This document shows positions 1 to 12,040 of a stretch of 64,000 nucleotides of DNA, in pieces (within the stretch, counting starts at the first letter, position 1; each line of letters opens with the position of its first letter). Source of the DNA: Antedon mediterranea (taxonomy: Eukaryota > Animalia > Echinodermata); NCBI RefSeq assembly GCF_964355755.1, contig NC_092674.1, forward strand, positions 13,702,001 through 13,766,000, read 5' to 3'. A model generated the notes under the pieces. It was given only the letters and a program-made list of their open reading frames with translations. It had not been told where the DNA came from and made no database searches. Both the position numbers and the translations under genes were made by a program.

Positions 1-345
1 TGTTAGGTCCCCAGAAGTTGAAATTATACATATTAATGATACTATGAAACGAAATTACAAGTCTACAGAACCAGACAACCGTAGTTGGGATGGAGCTAAG
101 ACAATTTAGAAAAATAGAGTTGGAGGTCCCGGAAATTGGACTTTTTATACTTCAAACCATGAAACAAAATATATAAGTTCTTATCATGGTTGTGACTGAG
201 CTAAGACATTTTTGAAAAATAGAGCTGTTAGGTCTCGGAAAATGCACTTATTGTACTTCGAAATATGACCAGCTTTATGGTTGGCGCTGAGCTAAGAAAA
301 TGTTTAAAAAAACAGAGCTGCAGGTCTTCAAAAATTGCATCTTAT
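1..345. repeat. Degenerate tandem repeat, ~90-105 bp period
   Basis: Motif GAGCTAAGAcatttt-GAAAAATAGAGcTgt-AGGTC recurs at ~93, ~198 and ~289. Probably the interior of a repeat element running off the left edge. Confidence 0.5.
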
Positions 346-1588
346 ACTTTGGAAACATTAGGCCTAGAGGCTTTAAAAAAGTGGTCCGTTTTGCCTTTAT
401 TTGGGGGAGGGGGTGCGTCCGCAAGCGTAGACCCTTTTCAGTCGGGGAAATCACTTGATACCCCCCAAGTGTATGCGTGGGTACCATCTGGACTTCCGAG
501 TGGTGAGAAGTTCATGACATACAGGACATTGAAAATTTAATAACTAATAAGATGTTTGCTAAGCAAAAATGGCATGTTTTTTTGTTTAGTAATGTATGAA
601 ATATTTATTTTAGGTGCCCCACTGTACAGAGGGTTACTTGTAAATTAAAAAATTGGTGAACATACGAACAATTTACATAATTCGTTTTTGCTATAGTGTA
701 GCGTAAGTCGACACGTAGTACACGACGTAACCGTCAGTAAACTTCGCCTGGAAAGAAGTAACTACAGTACACTTTTTGGTCCCTGGATGGAACACGATAT
801 CACGCGTCTGGACCCAACGTTGAACGATTCGTACAAAGGGATACCGCCAGACAAGTGAGTACCAAGCTACTGTTTAGATAGATCGCTGGCAATAATGAAT
901 GCATATAAAGTGCATAATAGCCCTCTGACGTACTCACGGTCAATGGAACGTCGCGGTTTTCTAGGCGCTGAAGTTACGAAGTGAACGCGAACGATATTTA
1001 CTGTATATTATATTCCCCGACAAAAAGTACACGTGTTCGCCGACGGTGGGGCTAGGCTCCCCGACGAGGGGGCTAGAATATGCCCGACTCCTTTCTCACA
1101 GAAAGCCGGTATATACCGGTTATATTTCCGGCACGATAGTCCGATGAGAATGGGTATATGCCGGTAACGATACCGGCACGACGCCAGCATAATACCGGTA
1201 TATTTCAGGCACATCTGTTAAGCGCCATTTACACTAGATACGATAACGACACGATAACGACACGAATGTCGTTGTCGTGTCGTCGTCGTAACAGGTCCGC
1301 GTTTACATTTGAACGATTTGGTAACGATTGTCGTGGAGGTGATGACGTTGACCGTGATACGCTTACTACGTTACTATGCAATGTTACAAATTGATAATTT
1401 GTAATTTATACAATAATGTTGCCAATTTTTTTTTTAAGATGGAGACTTAAACTTAAAATATTAGAATTTATGTGCTCACATATTTATAAATTAGTTTTTG
1501 ATTTTCGCAAATGTTAAGTTGCCAATTTATTTTGAATTTTAATTAAAAATACTTGAGGTCACATAATCAATTAATTAATCAATCAATA

Positions 1589-3194
1589 ATGGCGGATAGT
1601 GATTCCAGTGACGATGAGATGCTTCTCCTATATGTTGCTTATCAACAACATAAGAAAAGAAAAAGAGAATGGGTACACGACATTTACAAACATAGAAAAA
1701 CGCACGGTTCATATCAAACTTTAATTTGTAATGAATTGGCGATATTTGGCGACAAGTTTTACGAATATTTCCGAATGACACAAGTCCAATTCGCCGAGCT
1801 ATTAGCTTACATTGATTCGGACATCGGCAAAGAAAACACTCGTTTTCGTGAAAGCATATGTGCGAAAGAAAGACTTAGTATCTGTCTAAGGTAAGGAACG
1901 TATTCTAATCTCTAATAACTTTACTAATATATAAGATTAACGTAGTTATATAGTTGTAGGCTTACAGTATTATATGCCCAATGTATGGGTAGTAGTAGGC
2001 CTACTATAGTAGTAATTAAAGTTATATATTGAAATAATTAGGAATTAGGCCTATAATTGGATATTATAATAAGTTAATTTTGAATTAGTAGGTTAAAGTT
2101 TTGTATTTTCTTGTTTTTTAATTTCTTGTATTCACACGAGTGCCACTGATATAAAAGTGCTGTTTCCAATAAAGATTATTATTATGATTATTACTATACA
2201 GTTCTGTACTGCGAATACATTGTTTTTACATTCTTCTTACAGGTTTTTAGCAACTGGAGACTCATATGGCACATTAAGTTTTGAGTACCGTGTTTCAAAG
2301 GCCTCAATCTGCCATATAATCTCTGAGGTATGCGAATCCATTTGGAATAACCTTCAGCAGAGATTTATGCCGCTTCCAAAGACCAACGACTGGCAGAGAA
2401 TAGCCGAACAATTTCGGGTACGTTGGAACTTTCCAAATGCAATCGGGGCCATAGACGGCAAACACGTTCAGATTCAAGCACCTGCGAACAGCGGTTCAAT
2501 GTATTTTAACTATAAGGGACACTTTTCTCTTGTGCTTATGGCAATGGTAGATGCCGAATATAACTTTATCTACGTAGATGTTGGTAACTACGGTTCCAAT
2601 AGTGATGGAGGTATTTTCGCACGAAGTACCCTATGTCAAGGACTTGACAAAGGACTCCTTGGCATTCCTCAACCAAGAGAACTTCCAGGTAGCCCCGACC
2701 TGGGGAGAGTACCGCTGGTAGTTGTGGGGGATGAGGCTTTTCCTCTTAAAGAAAACCTAATGCGGCCATACCCTGGAAAAGAGTTAACGAGGGAAAGGCG
2801 TGTTTACAACTACCGGCATTCAAGGGCACGGCGAGTGTCTGAGAATGCTTTCGGAATACTCGCAAGCAAGTTCCGACTGTACCACAGGAAAATCGCCCTT
2901 AAAGCAGAAAATGCAGAGAAAATTGTGAAGGCAACATGTGTGCTGCACAATTACATTCGGAAGACTTCAAGATGTAAACATTTTGAAATTGGTCTAGATG
3001 AAGAGAACATGTTAAGTAATAACTTAATGGAAGCAGAAGGACTGCAAGCTGTAGAAAGTCGAAGAGGGCACCACAGCGCAGCGAGCGCTCTCGATATCAG
3101 AGATAAGTTTAAGCGCTACTTCAGTTCTGATGCTGGCAGTGTTTCATGGCAGGTCCAGAAAACATTCGGTGTAGCTACACTATTGCCAAAGTAA
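1589..3194 (+). CDS. Harbinger (HARBI1-like) DDE transposase, 2 exons (1589-1890, 2243-3194), 417 aa
   Basis: GT..AG intron 1891-2242 joins LSICLR|FLATG in frame; catalytic motifs GAIDGKH, VGDEAF, RRVSENAFG; no stops. Confidence 0.95.
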
Positions 3195-3480
3195 ATTAAC
3201 TATATGTAGTATATTTATATAAATGTAATTCGTTTATACTATTATTTCCACCAAAATTTATCCGGTTATAAATGTAGGTAAACGAACGTATTCTGAGACA
3301 ACAAATTGATATGACTATTCCACAATTTAAATTTCAACATACTATATGTTTTATTATTAATTTCAAAATATTAAAATTGCACCAACAGTTTCAAAGTTAT
3401 GAATAAAAAATAAAAACTATTTATTCAACCAAAAGTACTTCGAGTCTAATTAATTGATTATACATTTTGTGTTTATTGAA

Positions 3481-5222
3481 TTATTCTTCATTAACGATTT
3501 CCTCTTCTATGTCGAACACAAGAGATGTTATAGCCTTTTTAACTTGAATTTGTTTGATCTTTGGAAACGATTTGACAGTTTGAAATGTTGATTCGAAAAA
3601 AAGTTCTAATGCGTCCTTATTTTTTTTAGGAGTTTTGTTTATTTCTTTTGATTCTAGATAATCAACAATTTTTAGGCCTACGTTGTCATATTTTGGGGCT
3701 TTAGATGACGATGATGATGCAGGTTTTGAAGGGGCAGATCTTTTTGGTGCTACTACAATTGACTCTTCAGTAGTGTCCTCTAAATCCAGCTCCTCTGTGA
3801 ATAAAACCTGATCGTCCATCATCAAATTTAAAAAATCTAAAGAGCTTGAACTTCTGTAAGAAAAAAAGTTTTAATTGTATTAAAGATTAACGTTATTTAT
3901 TTTCATTAACCGTATTAGGGTCATTGAAAAAAGCTATTATTTCCGTATTAGGGCCTATAGGTATGTGCGTAGTATAGAAAGCCAGTTTTACTATTATTAC
4001 ATCGATTATAATTAATACTAGTAACTTGGCAGGCCTAGGAGGAAGGCTAGTTCTTCAATCGAATGGCAACTTAATTAATAATAATTATTATAATATTAAT
4101 TATAAAAACTTACTGTCTTGGTTCAAGATATGGAACTAAAAAATGCATCTGATCAGCCCATTTATATTTTTTAACTCCCCCACCACCAGCATCACCACTT
4201 TTAGTTGAATTAGTTTTTATGGTTCTCTGAAGGGAATCCCGGAGATTGATCCATTTTTTCTTTGCCGATTCACCTGTGATACAACAATATACATATGTCA
4301 AATAATAGAGTCATCATATTGTTATTACATAACATAACTTTTAATGATTTAGCAATTACTTGCCTCACTCCATCATGCCTCACGCAAGGCATATTGTTAT
4401 GCCTTGATATAGGCATATTAGTTGTTGACTTACCATCTACGCCAACCTCGTTCCCAATAGCTTTCCAGACATCTGCTTTTTGTTTGTCTTGCTTATACTC
4501 ATTACTGCTTTTGTCGTACAGTATTTTATTCTGCTGCACAAGCAAAATTAATTTTTCGATGTTCTAAAAAAACAAATTAAAATGTATTTTATTGGCATTA
4601 CATAGCCTGTGCCCTACTTGGGCCTAGCCTACTACTACTTTAGATATATTAAATAATACACATATTAGGCCTAATCTATAGGCGTAGCCTCTATCTAGGC
4701 CCAAGCTAGGCTTAATAGTATTATTATTTAATTGTATAGCTGGCCTAGACCTAGCTAGGCTAATAACAATACTACTATATAATAATATAGTACAGTATTA
4801 GCCTACAGGCCTAGTAATAGTAGTACTGTACCATTATAACACCACTACTAGCCTAGCTAGGAGGCCTACTACCAAATGTAGCATATCACAGGCCTGCTGC
4901 TGCTTGCTAGCCCTATCCATCGTCAGTCAATGTAATGCATATATAGGTATAGATTTACTAGGCCTCAGTCTAGGCGCGCTTAGGTCTAGCCTAGACCTAG
5001 TCCTAGTCTAGGTAGGCCTAGCTAGGCATAGGCCTAGGCCTAGGCCTAGCTGGGCCTTGGCTAGCCTACTCCTTTCTATCTAGCCTAGCTAGGTCAGGCT
5101 TTTATAAATAGCGTATCTAAACCTATGACTTTTTCATAAGATGATAGCACGTAAGTTATTGGTTCAATTAAGGTTAATAAACTGTGTATTCTATTAAATT
5201 TGTAGCTCAATTTACGTACCAT
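3481..5222 (-). CDS. Harbinger accessory MADF (Myb/SANT-like)-BESS DNA-binding protein, 4 coding exons (5222-5220, 4563-4434, 4273-4114, 3853-3481), 221 aa
   Basis: Spliced product MNIEKLILLVQQNKILYDKSSNEYK..VWKAIGNEVGVDGESAKKKWINLRD (MADF) ... DALELFFESTFQTVKSFPKIKQIQVK (BESS-like). All introns GT-AG with matching phases; the ATG-only first exon is the least certain part. Confidence 0.88.
4570..5110. repeat. Low-complexity TAGGCCTA/CTAG/TAGCCTA palindromic tract in the first intron of the MADF gene
   Basis: Dense overlapping TAGGCCTA, TAGGCTA, TAGCCTA and TACTA units. Confidence 0.8.
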
Positions 5223-6934
5223 TTTTAAACGTCGCGGTGCACAAACCAAGTGACGTCGTCTGTGGTTTTGATTTTTGCGCGCTGTTATTTTGAACTTTGA
5301 CATTACAGGTGCATCCTGATTGGCTATTATAAAATCGTGTCGTGTGTCGTGTCGTGAAAAATGGGTTGTAAACCCATTCAGTACGACCGATTTTTTCCCG
5401 TACACGACACGGTTGTCGGAGACGGTTCTAATGTAAACGTTTATATTCTACAACACGTAACCCAATTTATCGTGTCGTCATCGTGTCGTTATCGTGTCGT
5501 TATCGTATCTAGTGTAAATGGCGCTTTAGAAAGGGGCTACACAGAGGCTTTATTCAATGTTCAATATGTTTGTTTCTATGGAGCGCTAAAAGAGCAACGA
5601 TAATAGCTGAGGACTAAAACTCAGTGGAATGCGTCAATTTCTCATGCATTTATTGGTGAAAAACACGTTTAATTTCAATATATTTGTTAATTTGTCAATA
5701 TTAATGCTGTAATATGTTACTACTGATACTGTTCGATGCAATTTGAAAATGTGTTGTTACTGTACACATGTTTACACATTTTCATCAAAGGTTGTGTATT
5801 ATATATTGCTCACGAGAATCATCACATCATGCTGCATCAGACACGATGGGATGTAATGAGGGTGCCACGACGATCCTGTAGTGTGTACATTCTTTTTGTT
5901 CAAAATTTCGAAATATTAAAATTAATTGCACTTAAATTATTTGCTTTAAATGGCTATCTATCTTCTGATAACCATCTTTGTTTTTTTCAAAATCAGAAAT
6001 CGGAACCCAGAAATATTGTATCGCATACTGTGCGATTGTATAAGGCTATAAGGCTAGTATAAGTTGACTACAATGTTCAAATTGTTTGTTCATAATGATA
6101 ATGAAAGAGTTGGTCAAAAAGACTTCACAAATTCATTCAATACAACAACAACGTATTTATATCAAAACATTTCTCGGAATAGAAATAGATTGTAAAATTG
6201 GTATAAAAACAAACATGTTAAACGTATACAAACAACAATTGATAACAAGAAATATCTCTTACAAAAAACGCTGCTCGACATTTTAAAATTAATCATTGTT
6301 CTTTTGATTGATTTATGATTAATTATTAAAAAGATGTCCTTTAATCGCAAAGATACATACAAATCACAGATAGTTCTTTAATTATGAATCACATGCCCAT
6401 TTTTCACTAGTTAATTGTATACACAACATTTGTTTGCGCTGCTCTGTGTGGCGACATCGATGTCTATAACTAACATGCGCTTTTAAAGGAATATTATATA
6501 TTATTTTGCCATTTGTCATTAAGTATTATCTTCATGAAGCTGTTAAGGTTTTTAATAGACTTATTCAGGATCTGTTTGCAATCATGGACACAACGCTCGC
6601 TTCTCACTACCGTGGCGAAGTATTTGACATACCTAAAGCCTCTTTTCCTGTCGTCGTTAGTCGACGCTATCGTTAACAATAATCGGCGATCTCCTACGTA
6701 AACATTGAAATGTTAACGATTTACAGGAAAAGGTACTTTTTTAACTAACGACGACGATACAAAACGTCGGCGATTTACAGGAAAAGGTGTAATAATCGAC
6801 GGTAATCGACGCTACAATTCGCAATCGTTGACAATGGCAAGAGTTGAATCCAGTTCAACTCGAGCGATATCGCAACGCTAAAACGTAAGAACTGACCAAT
6901 CATCTTGGCGATACAGCACATGACGTCATGTAAT

Positions 6935-7137
6935 CCTTTTCAATTTTAATACCTTGTCATTTTTACACGTGTTTCATAACTTATATTTTTTTGTGCAATT
7001 ATGTATGTGTACATAATATATTTTATTGTATATCTATTTATTTTTTTACTAATAATTGTAAATCTTCAAGAAGAATTTCTGTTGTTATTTTATGATGATG
7101 ATGGACAAATAAAGCATTTCAGTATTCAGTATTCAGT
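6935..7137 (+). mobile_element. Short 3'-end fragment of a non-LTR retroposon
   Basis: T-rich 3'UTR-like sequence ending AATAAAGCATT(TCAGTAT)n. Confidence 0.45.
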
Positions 7138-7494
7138 AATTGATGAAAAATTCTCCTACTAAACTTATTTTTGTTGCATCGAGGCGTGGTCAAAGCTAGG
7201 CCTAGCCTTGCCAAAGTGACTATAAAATGATGTTCCGGAAAGTAGGCGTGGGGATATTAGGTAGGTCTAAGTATTCTGCCTAGTCAAAATCAGTATAGAG
7301 ATATTAGTATGCCTAGGCCAGTCTCCTACACTGTGAGCCTACCTAGTTGAGGCAGCGGAATCGTCTATTCATTTTTTTCGCGTTACGACGACGTTGAGAA
7401 AGAAGACATGAGTTTTCAACTCTAACGTTCAACGCTAGAAATCAAATGTTCGCGCTATCGTTATCATTTCAACTTGATCGTTGAACTTTTAACG

Positions 7495-8811
7495 CGTATC
7501 CGGATAAACTACCCCCCGGACAACCCCCGGACAACTATCCCCTTAGGACAACAACCCCCTTAGGACAACTACCCCCTGGACAACTACCCCCCGGACAACT
7601 ACCCCCGGACAAATAACCCATAGGAACAATTACCCCCTGACAATTACCCCTGGACAATCACCCCCCCGGGTAATTACCCCGCGGACAACTACCTCTGACA
7701 CAATACTCTCCGTAGGACAACTACCTCCTGAACCTGGACAATACTCCGAGGGCAAATAATATTTTACCTCCGTAGGACAACTAACCCCTGGACAACTACC
7801 CCCGGACAATTTCCTCCTAGGAACAATAACCCCTTTATAATTAACCCCCGGACAATTACCGCCCCCCCCCCCCGGGTAATTACCCCGCGGACAACTACCT
7901 CTGACACAATACTCCCCGTAGGAAAACCCACCCCCTGGCGTATCCGGATATTCACCCCCTGTACATTTACACCCCGGAAAACTACCCCCCGGACAACCAC
8001 CACCTGGACAACAACCCCTTTAGGACAACTACGCCTTTAGGACAACTACCCCTTTAGGACAACTACCCCCCGGACAAATATCCCCCGGACAACTACCCCC
8101 TTAGGACAACTACCCCCTGGATAACTAACCCCCGGACAATTACCCCCTAGGAACAATTACCCCCAGGACAATCACCCCCCCCCCCCCCGGGTAATTACCC
8201 CGCGGACAACTACGTCTGACACAATACTCCCCGTAGGACAACTACCTCCTGAACCTGAACAATACTGCGAGGGCAAATAATCTTTTAGGACAACTACCTC
8301 CGTAGGACAACTAACCCCTGGACAACAACCACCCAGACAACTATCCCTTTAGAACAACTACCCCCCGGACGGACAACTACCACCCAGACCATTCAACAAC
8401 CTGACTCTGCCACATTGTATAATAGGAATTAATAACTATATTTTAATTCGTTACTTTGACGAATTACTATTCATTATTGTAAACAAAAGTAAAAGATTGA
8501 ACATAAATATAGTCCTAAGGGAGGGGGTAGTTGTTCGGGGGTAGTTGTTCGGGGGTAGTTGACCGGGGGGTAGTTGACCGGGGGGTAGTTGACCGGGGGG
8601 TAGTTGACCGGGGGGTAGTTGACCGGGGAGTAGTTACCCGGGGGTAGTTGACCGGGAGTAGTTACCCGGGGGTAGTTATCCTAAGGGGTAGTTGTCCTAA
8701 GGGGTTGTTGTCCGGGGGATAGTTGTCCGGGGGTAGTTGTCCTAAGGGGGTAGTTGTCAGGGTGGTAAACATTCGGAGGGTAACTCTCTAGGGGGTAGGT
8801 GTCCTAGAACC
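7495..8811. mobile_element. Foldback MULE/MuDR-like non-autonomous element with tandem-repeat arms
   Basis: 9-bp TSD CTTTTAACG (7486-7494, 8812-8820); left arm (GGACAACTACCCCC)n 7500-8390; inverted right arm (GGGGGTAGTTGTCC)n 8515-8810. Confidence 0.8.
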
Positions 8812-11009
8812 CTTTTAACGATCAACGATGATAGCGTCGAATGACGTCGCCAGGAAAACAGGCTTTAGGAAATGAAGCGACGTAAGAGAGGGAAAGCCGC
8901 AGGTGTTCGCAAACGTCTCCGTTCCAGGCATTTTCGACCGTACTTACCAATACTTATCATCGGGAATCTACGATCGATTAATAACAAGGTAGACGAACTT
9001 AGAGCTTGTGTGAAATATTTCCATGACTACAGATCGGCATGCATTCTCGCATTCACCGAAACTTGGCTTTGTGAGAAGATAACCGATACCCATGTGGAAA
9101 TAGATGGATTTAAGCTGTTTCAGAGGAGATAGATCTGGTGATATCGGCAAGGATAAGGGTGGAGGACTGATTGTTTATGTTAATAATCAAGATTGTCATC
9201 CAAACAATGCTACATTAAAGAAATCCATCTGCACCCCGAATGTTGAAGTATTGGTTGTGTCGGTATGGCCGTATTACATACCAAGAGAATTCTCCAACAT
9301 AGTTATCCTAACTGTGTACATTCCACATAGGAAATTAGCTAAATCAGCAGCAATTGAAGTGGGTGAAAACATAAATGATATTGAGTCTTCTTGTCCTGAG
9401 GCATGCATTATAATGACTTCAACCACGGTACCTTAAATAAAAGTAGTGTATATTACTACCAATACGTGTCTTGTGGTACCCGGGATGCAGCCACATTGTA
9501 CATCTGTTACTCCAATGTGAAAAACGCGTACTCGTCGACGAAACTACCGAACTTAGGAGCTTCCGATCACAACTTAGTTCTCCTAAGTCCGAAATATAAG
9601 CCCATCGTACAAAGACAGAAACCGAGGAAGATAGTAGTGGAATGTTGGTCGCCGGAAAATATTGATCGATAAAAAGGTGAACTTGACGCCACCGACTGGT
9701 CTGTTTTTACTGAAAATTCGTCAAATATAAATGAATTGACAGAATCCGTGTGTTCATATATTGGTTTCTGCACAGACATCGCGATACCCTCAAGAAATTA
9801 AGTTATACAGCAATAACAAGCCATGGATCACTTCGAGTGTTAAAGCAATCATCAATAGGAAAAAATCGCGTTCAAAAGCGGTGACAAAGATCAACTTAAA
9901 ATCATCCAACATGAACTTAAAAGTGAAATAAAGGAACAGAAACGTAATATAAGAAGAAAATTGAAAATAATCTCGGTGGTAACGACGCAAACAAAGTCTG
10001 GAAAGGCATGCGACAAATGAGTGGTTACTCAAGCGTATCAAAGCCGGACGTAAAAATAGTAATATGAATGAACAATACGCAAAAATGAACTTAACAACTT
10101 CTATAACAGGTTTGACAAATAATTATGATTTTGCATCTGAACAGAAGGTTATCGAGGACACCCTACTATCCGATCACGACGCCTGTGCATACGAGTTCCA
10201 AACTGATGTAGCCGAAGTGAGGAGATATTTTTCCCGCCAGAAACCTTCTAAGGCAACTGGCCCGGACTTTAGGCCTATCTAATCAAATATTATTAAAACA
10301 TGTTCTTCACAGGTAGCTGGAATTTTTACTACCATTTTTAATGTAATATACTCTCATCTTGAAGGCGTAACTAAATTCGGTCACTCTGTGAGAATCATGT
10401 ATTATGACTTTAGCTCCGCCTTCAACACTATTCAACCTCACCGTCTAATTAATAAATTGTTTAATATGGAACTCCCGCGCTCACTAATATTCTTTATATA
10501 TAATTTTCTAGTAAATCGTAGTCAACATGTTAAATTAAGTACAGGAGCCATCTCGGATTTAATTTTTACAAACACAGGCACACCCCAGGGTACAGTGTTG
10601 GCTCCATTTTTATTTTCAGTCTATACCGCTGACTTTAGATCTAATGACCAAACCTCCTGTCCTGCTATTAAATTCGCTGACGACACTGCTCTCATTGGGT
10701 TACTCAGGGGGATGATTATTCTCAGTATATTTCAGAAATTAAACGATTTGTAGAATATTGTGATTTAAATTATTTGGAATTCAACGTCTCGAAAACCAAA
10801 GAGATGGTGATAGATTTCGGACTAAAAAGAGGGTCGAGGCTAAAGACATGCTAATAAAGAATGCTAAAGTAGATAGGGTATCTATTTTTAAGTATTTGGG
10901 GGTGGTTTTTGATGAATATCTGTCCTGGGGTAACACATAAATTACATTATAAAGAAACAAAATTCACGCATGTCGATAGCCACATCCTTTGTATGTTTTA
11001 TTTGTCAGT

Positions 11010-11178
11010 GATTAGCTCGTGTGCACTTTAAAGAACCTAATACATCTTTCGAGACGAGTAGGGGGTTACCCCGGTGTATTAGTACATCACAGCCACTGAT
11101 CACCAACTGGGCCTTCTGGGATTCCAGTCTTTGACTGAAGAGGTTACCCAGTATAAATATAAATTTCAATCAATCAAT
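11010..11178 (+). mobile_element. SINE 3' part with Deu/Nin-type central domain
   Basis: GTGCACTTTAAAGAACC..GAGTAGGGGGTTACCCCGGTG resembles the conserved Deu/Nin SINE domain; (CAAT)n tail. Confidence 0.6.
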
Positions 11179-11532
11179 TATTCGCACATCTATCATTGTA
11201 CATCATAGTCCTCTGTAGGCCGGTAGATTGATTGATTTATATCTATAATTATTTCATTAATATCCTAAAACCATACGTAGGCCTAATTGTTTGCATAATA
11301 AAAGACACGACAGACGTATATTCTCTATATAATATATTAATTACAGTACATATAAATAGAGGTAAATTATTATATGCCTAATATAACATTATGCCTAATA
11401 TAACATTATGCCTAATATAATATTTAAACGTGTTTACAAATGGCCATTTTGAAAAGACAGTCCTTCTCCGAGACCTGTGAAATACAAAAAAAAATTAATT
11501 TAATGATTGATAATAAATATTTATTAACCAAG

Positions 11533-11938
11533 TGTAGTGAAAATTTATTTTAGTTGGTTCCGAGCTTTCTCAGGCGTATATATTTCCACGCGACGTACAC
11601 AGCTGTCACTGAATGATAACTCATACAAAAAGTATATTTAACTCAACTAGAACTTTTATTCCTTGTAATTCGATTAATACATCTTTCTACCACTACCAGT
11701 CAAGCCTTAATAAATTCTTTATCATCTTTCCGTTTATCTACTCTGATCTTATTCTCTCTTTTCCTTAATATCTATTACATTCCACTTTTATACTGGACAT
11801 GCAAATTTTAGGCTTCAGAGGAGGATAACATTTTCTCTCCAAAATTTATACGATTTTGATTGGCTAATAATATAAGGCGGACCTGGTCTAAAGCATCCTT
11901 CTCTAAACACAGAGAATCACAACATCAATAATATGACA
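11533..11938 (-). repeat. 3' LTR (406 bp)
   Basis: Near-identical to 17817-18069 + 21048-21199; preceded on the minus strand by the polypurine tract AAAAAAGGGAA (11939-11949). Confidence 0.95.
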
Positions 11939-12040
11939 TTCCCTTTTTTGGGAAAAAGATTGTGTCAATCTTTCCAAAAATTTAACATTTAAAACCATTT
12001 TACTTTAAACTATCTACTAATAACACCTCTATAATATTAT

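Larger units (their letters stand above)
1221..5525 (+). mobile_element. Full-length autonomous PIF/Harbinger DNA transposon
   Basis: Perfect 45-bp TIRs (AGCGCCATTTACACTAGATACGATAACGACACGATAACGACACGA, 1221-1265 / 5481-5525); TTA TSD at 1218-1220 and 5526-5528; convergent transposase and MADF genes. Confidence 0.97.
6637..8864. mobile_element. Non-autonomous Harbinger-like TIR element (MITE)
   Basis: Imperfect ~35-bp TIRs AGCCTCTTTTCCTGTCGTCGTTAGTCGACGCTATC / GATAGCGTCGAATGACGTCGCCAGGAAAACAGGCT; flanks TAA / TTA (3-bp TSD with one mismatch). Confidence 0.75.
6560..10970 (+). mobile_element. Degenerate Rex/Babar-type LINE (APE + RT), interrupted near its 5' end
   Basis: KRRKRG..LPILIIGNLRSINNKVDEL, FTETWL, GGGL, DFN, SDH (APE); DFSSAFNTI, GTPQGTVLAPFLF, KFADD (RT). 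Many frameshifts and an internal deletion. Removing the MITE at 6637-8864 restores FDIPKEMKRR. Confidence 0.9.

Noticed and set aside
7500-8810. Repeat array as a CRISPR or as coding sequence (ORF 7764-8003)
   Set aside because: No unique spacers; inverted arms with a 9-bp TSD indicate a foldback transposon, and the context is eukaryotic.
11425-11500. Minus-strand splice-acceptor-like site (TTTTGTATTTCACAG) with a short downstream frame
   Set aside because: No recognisable protein and no partner exons.
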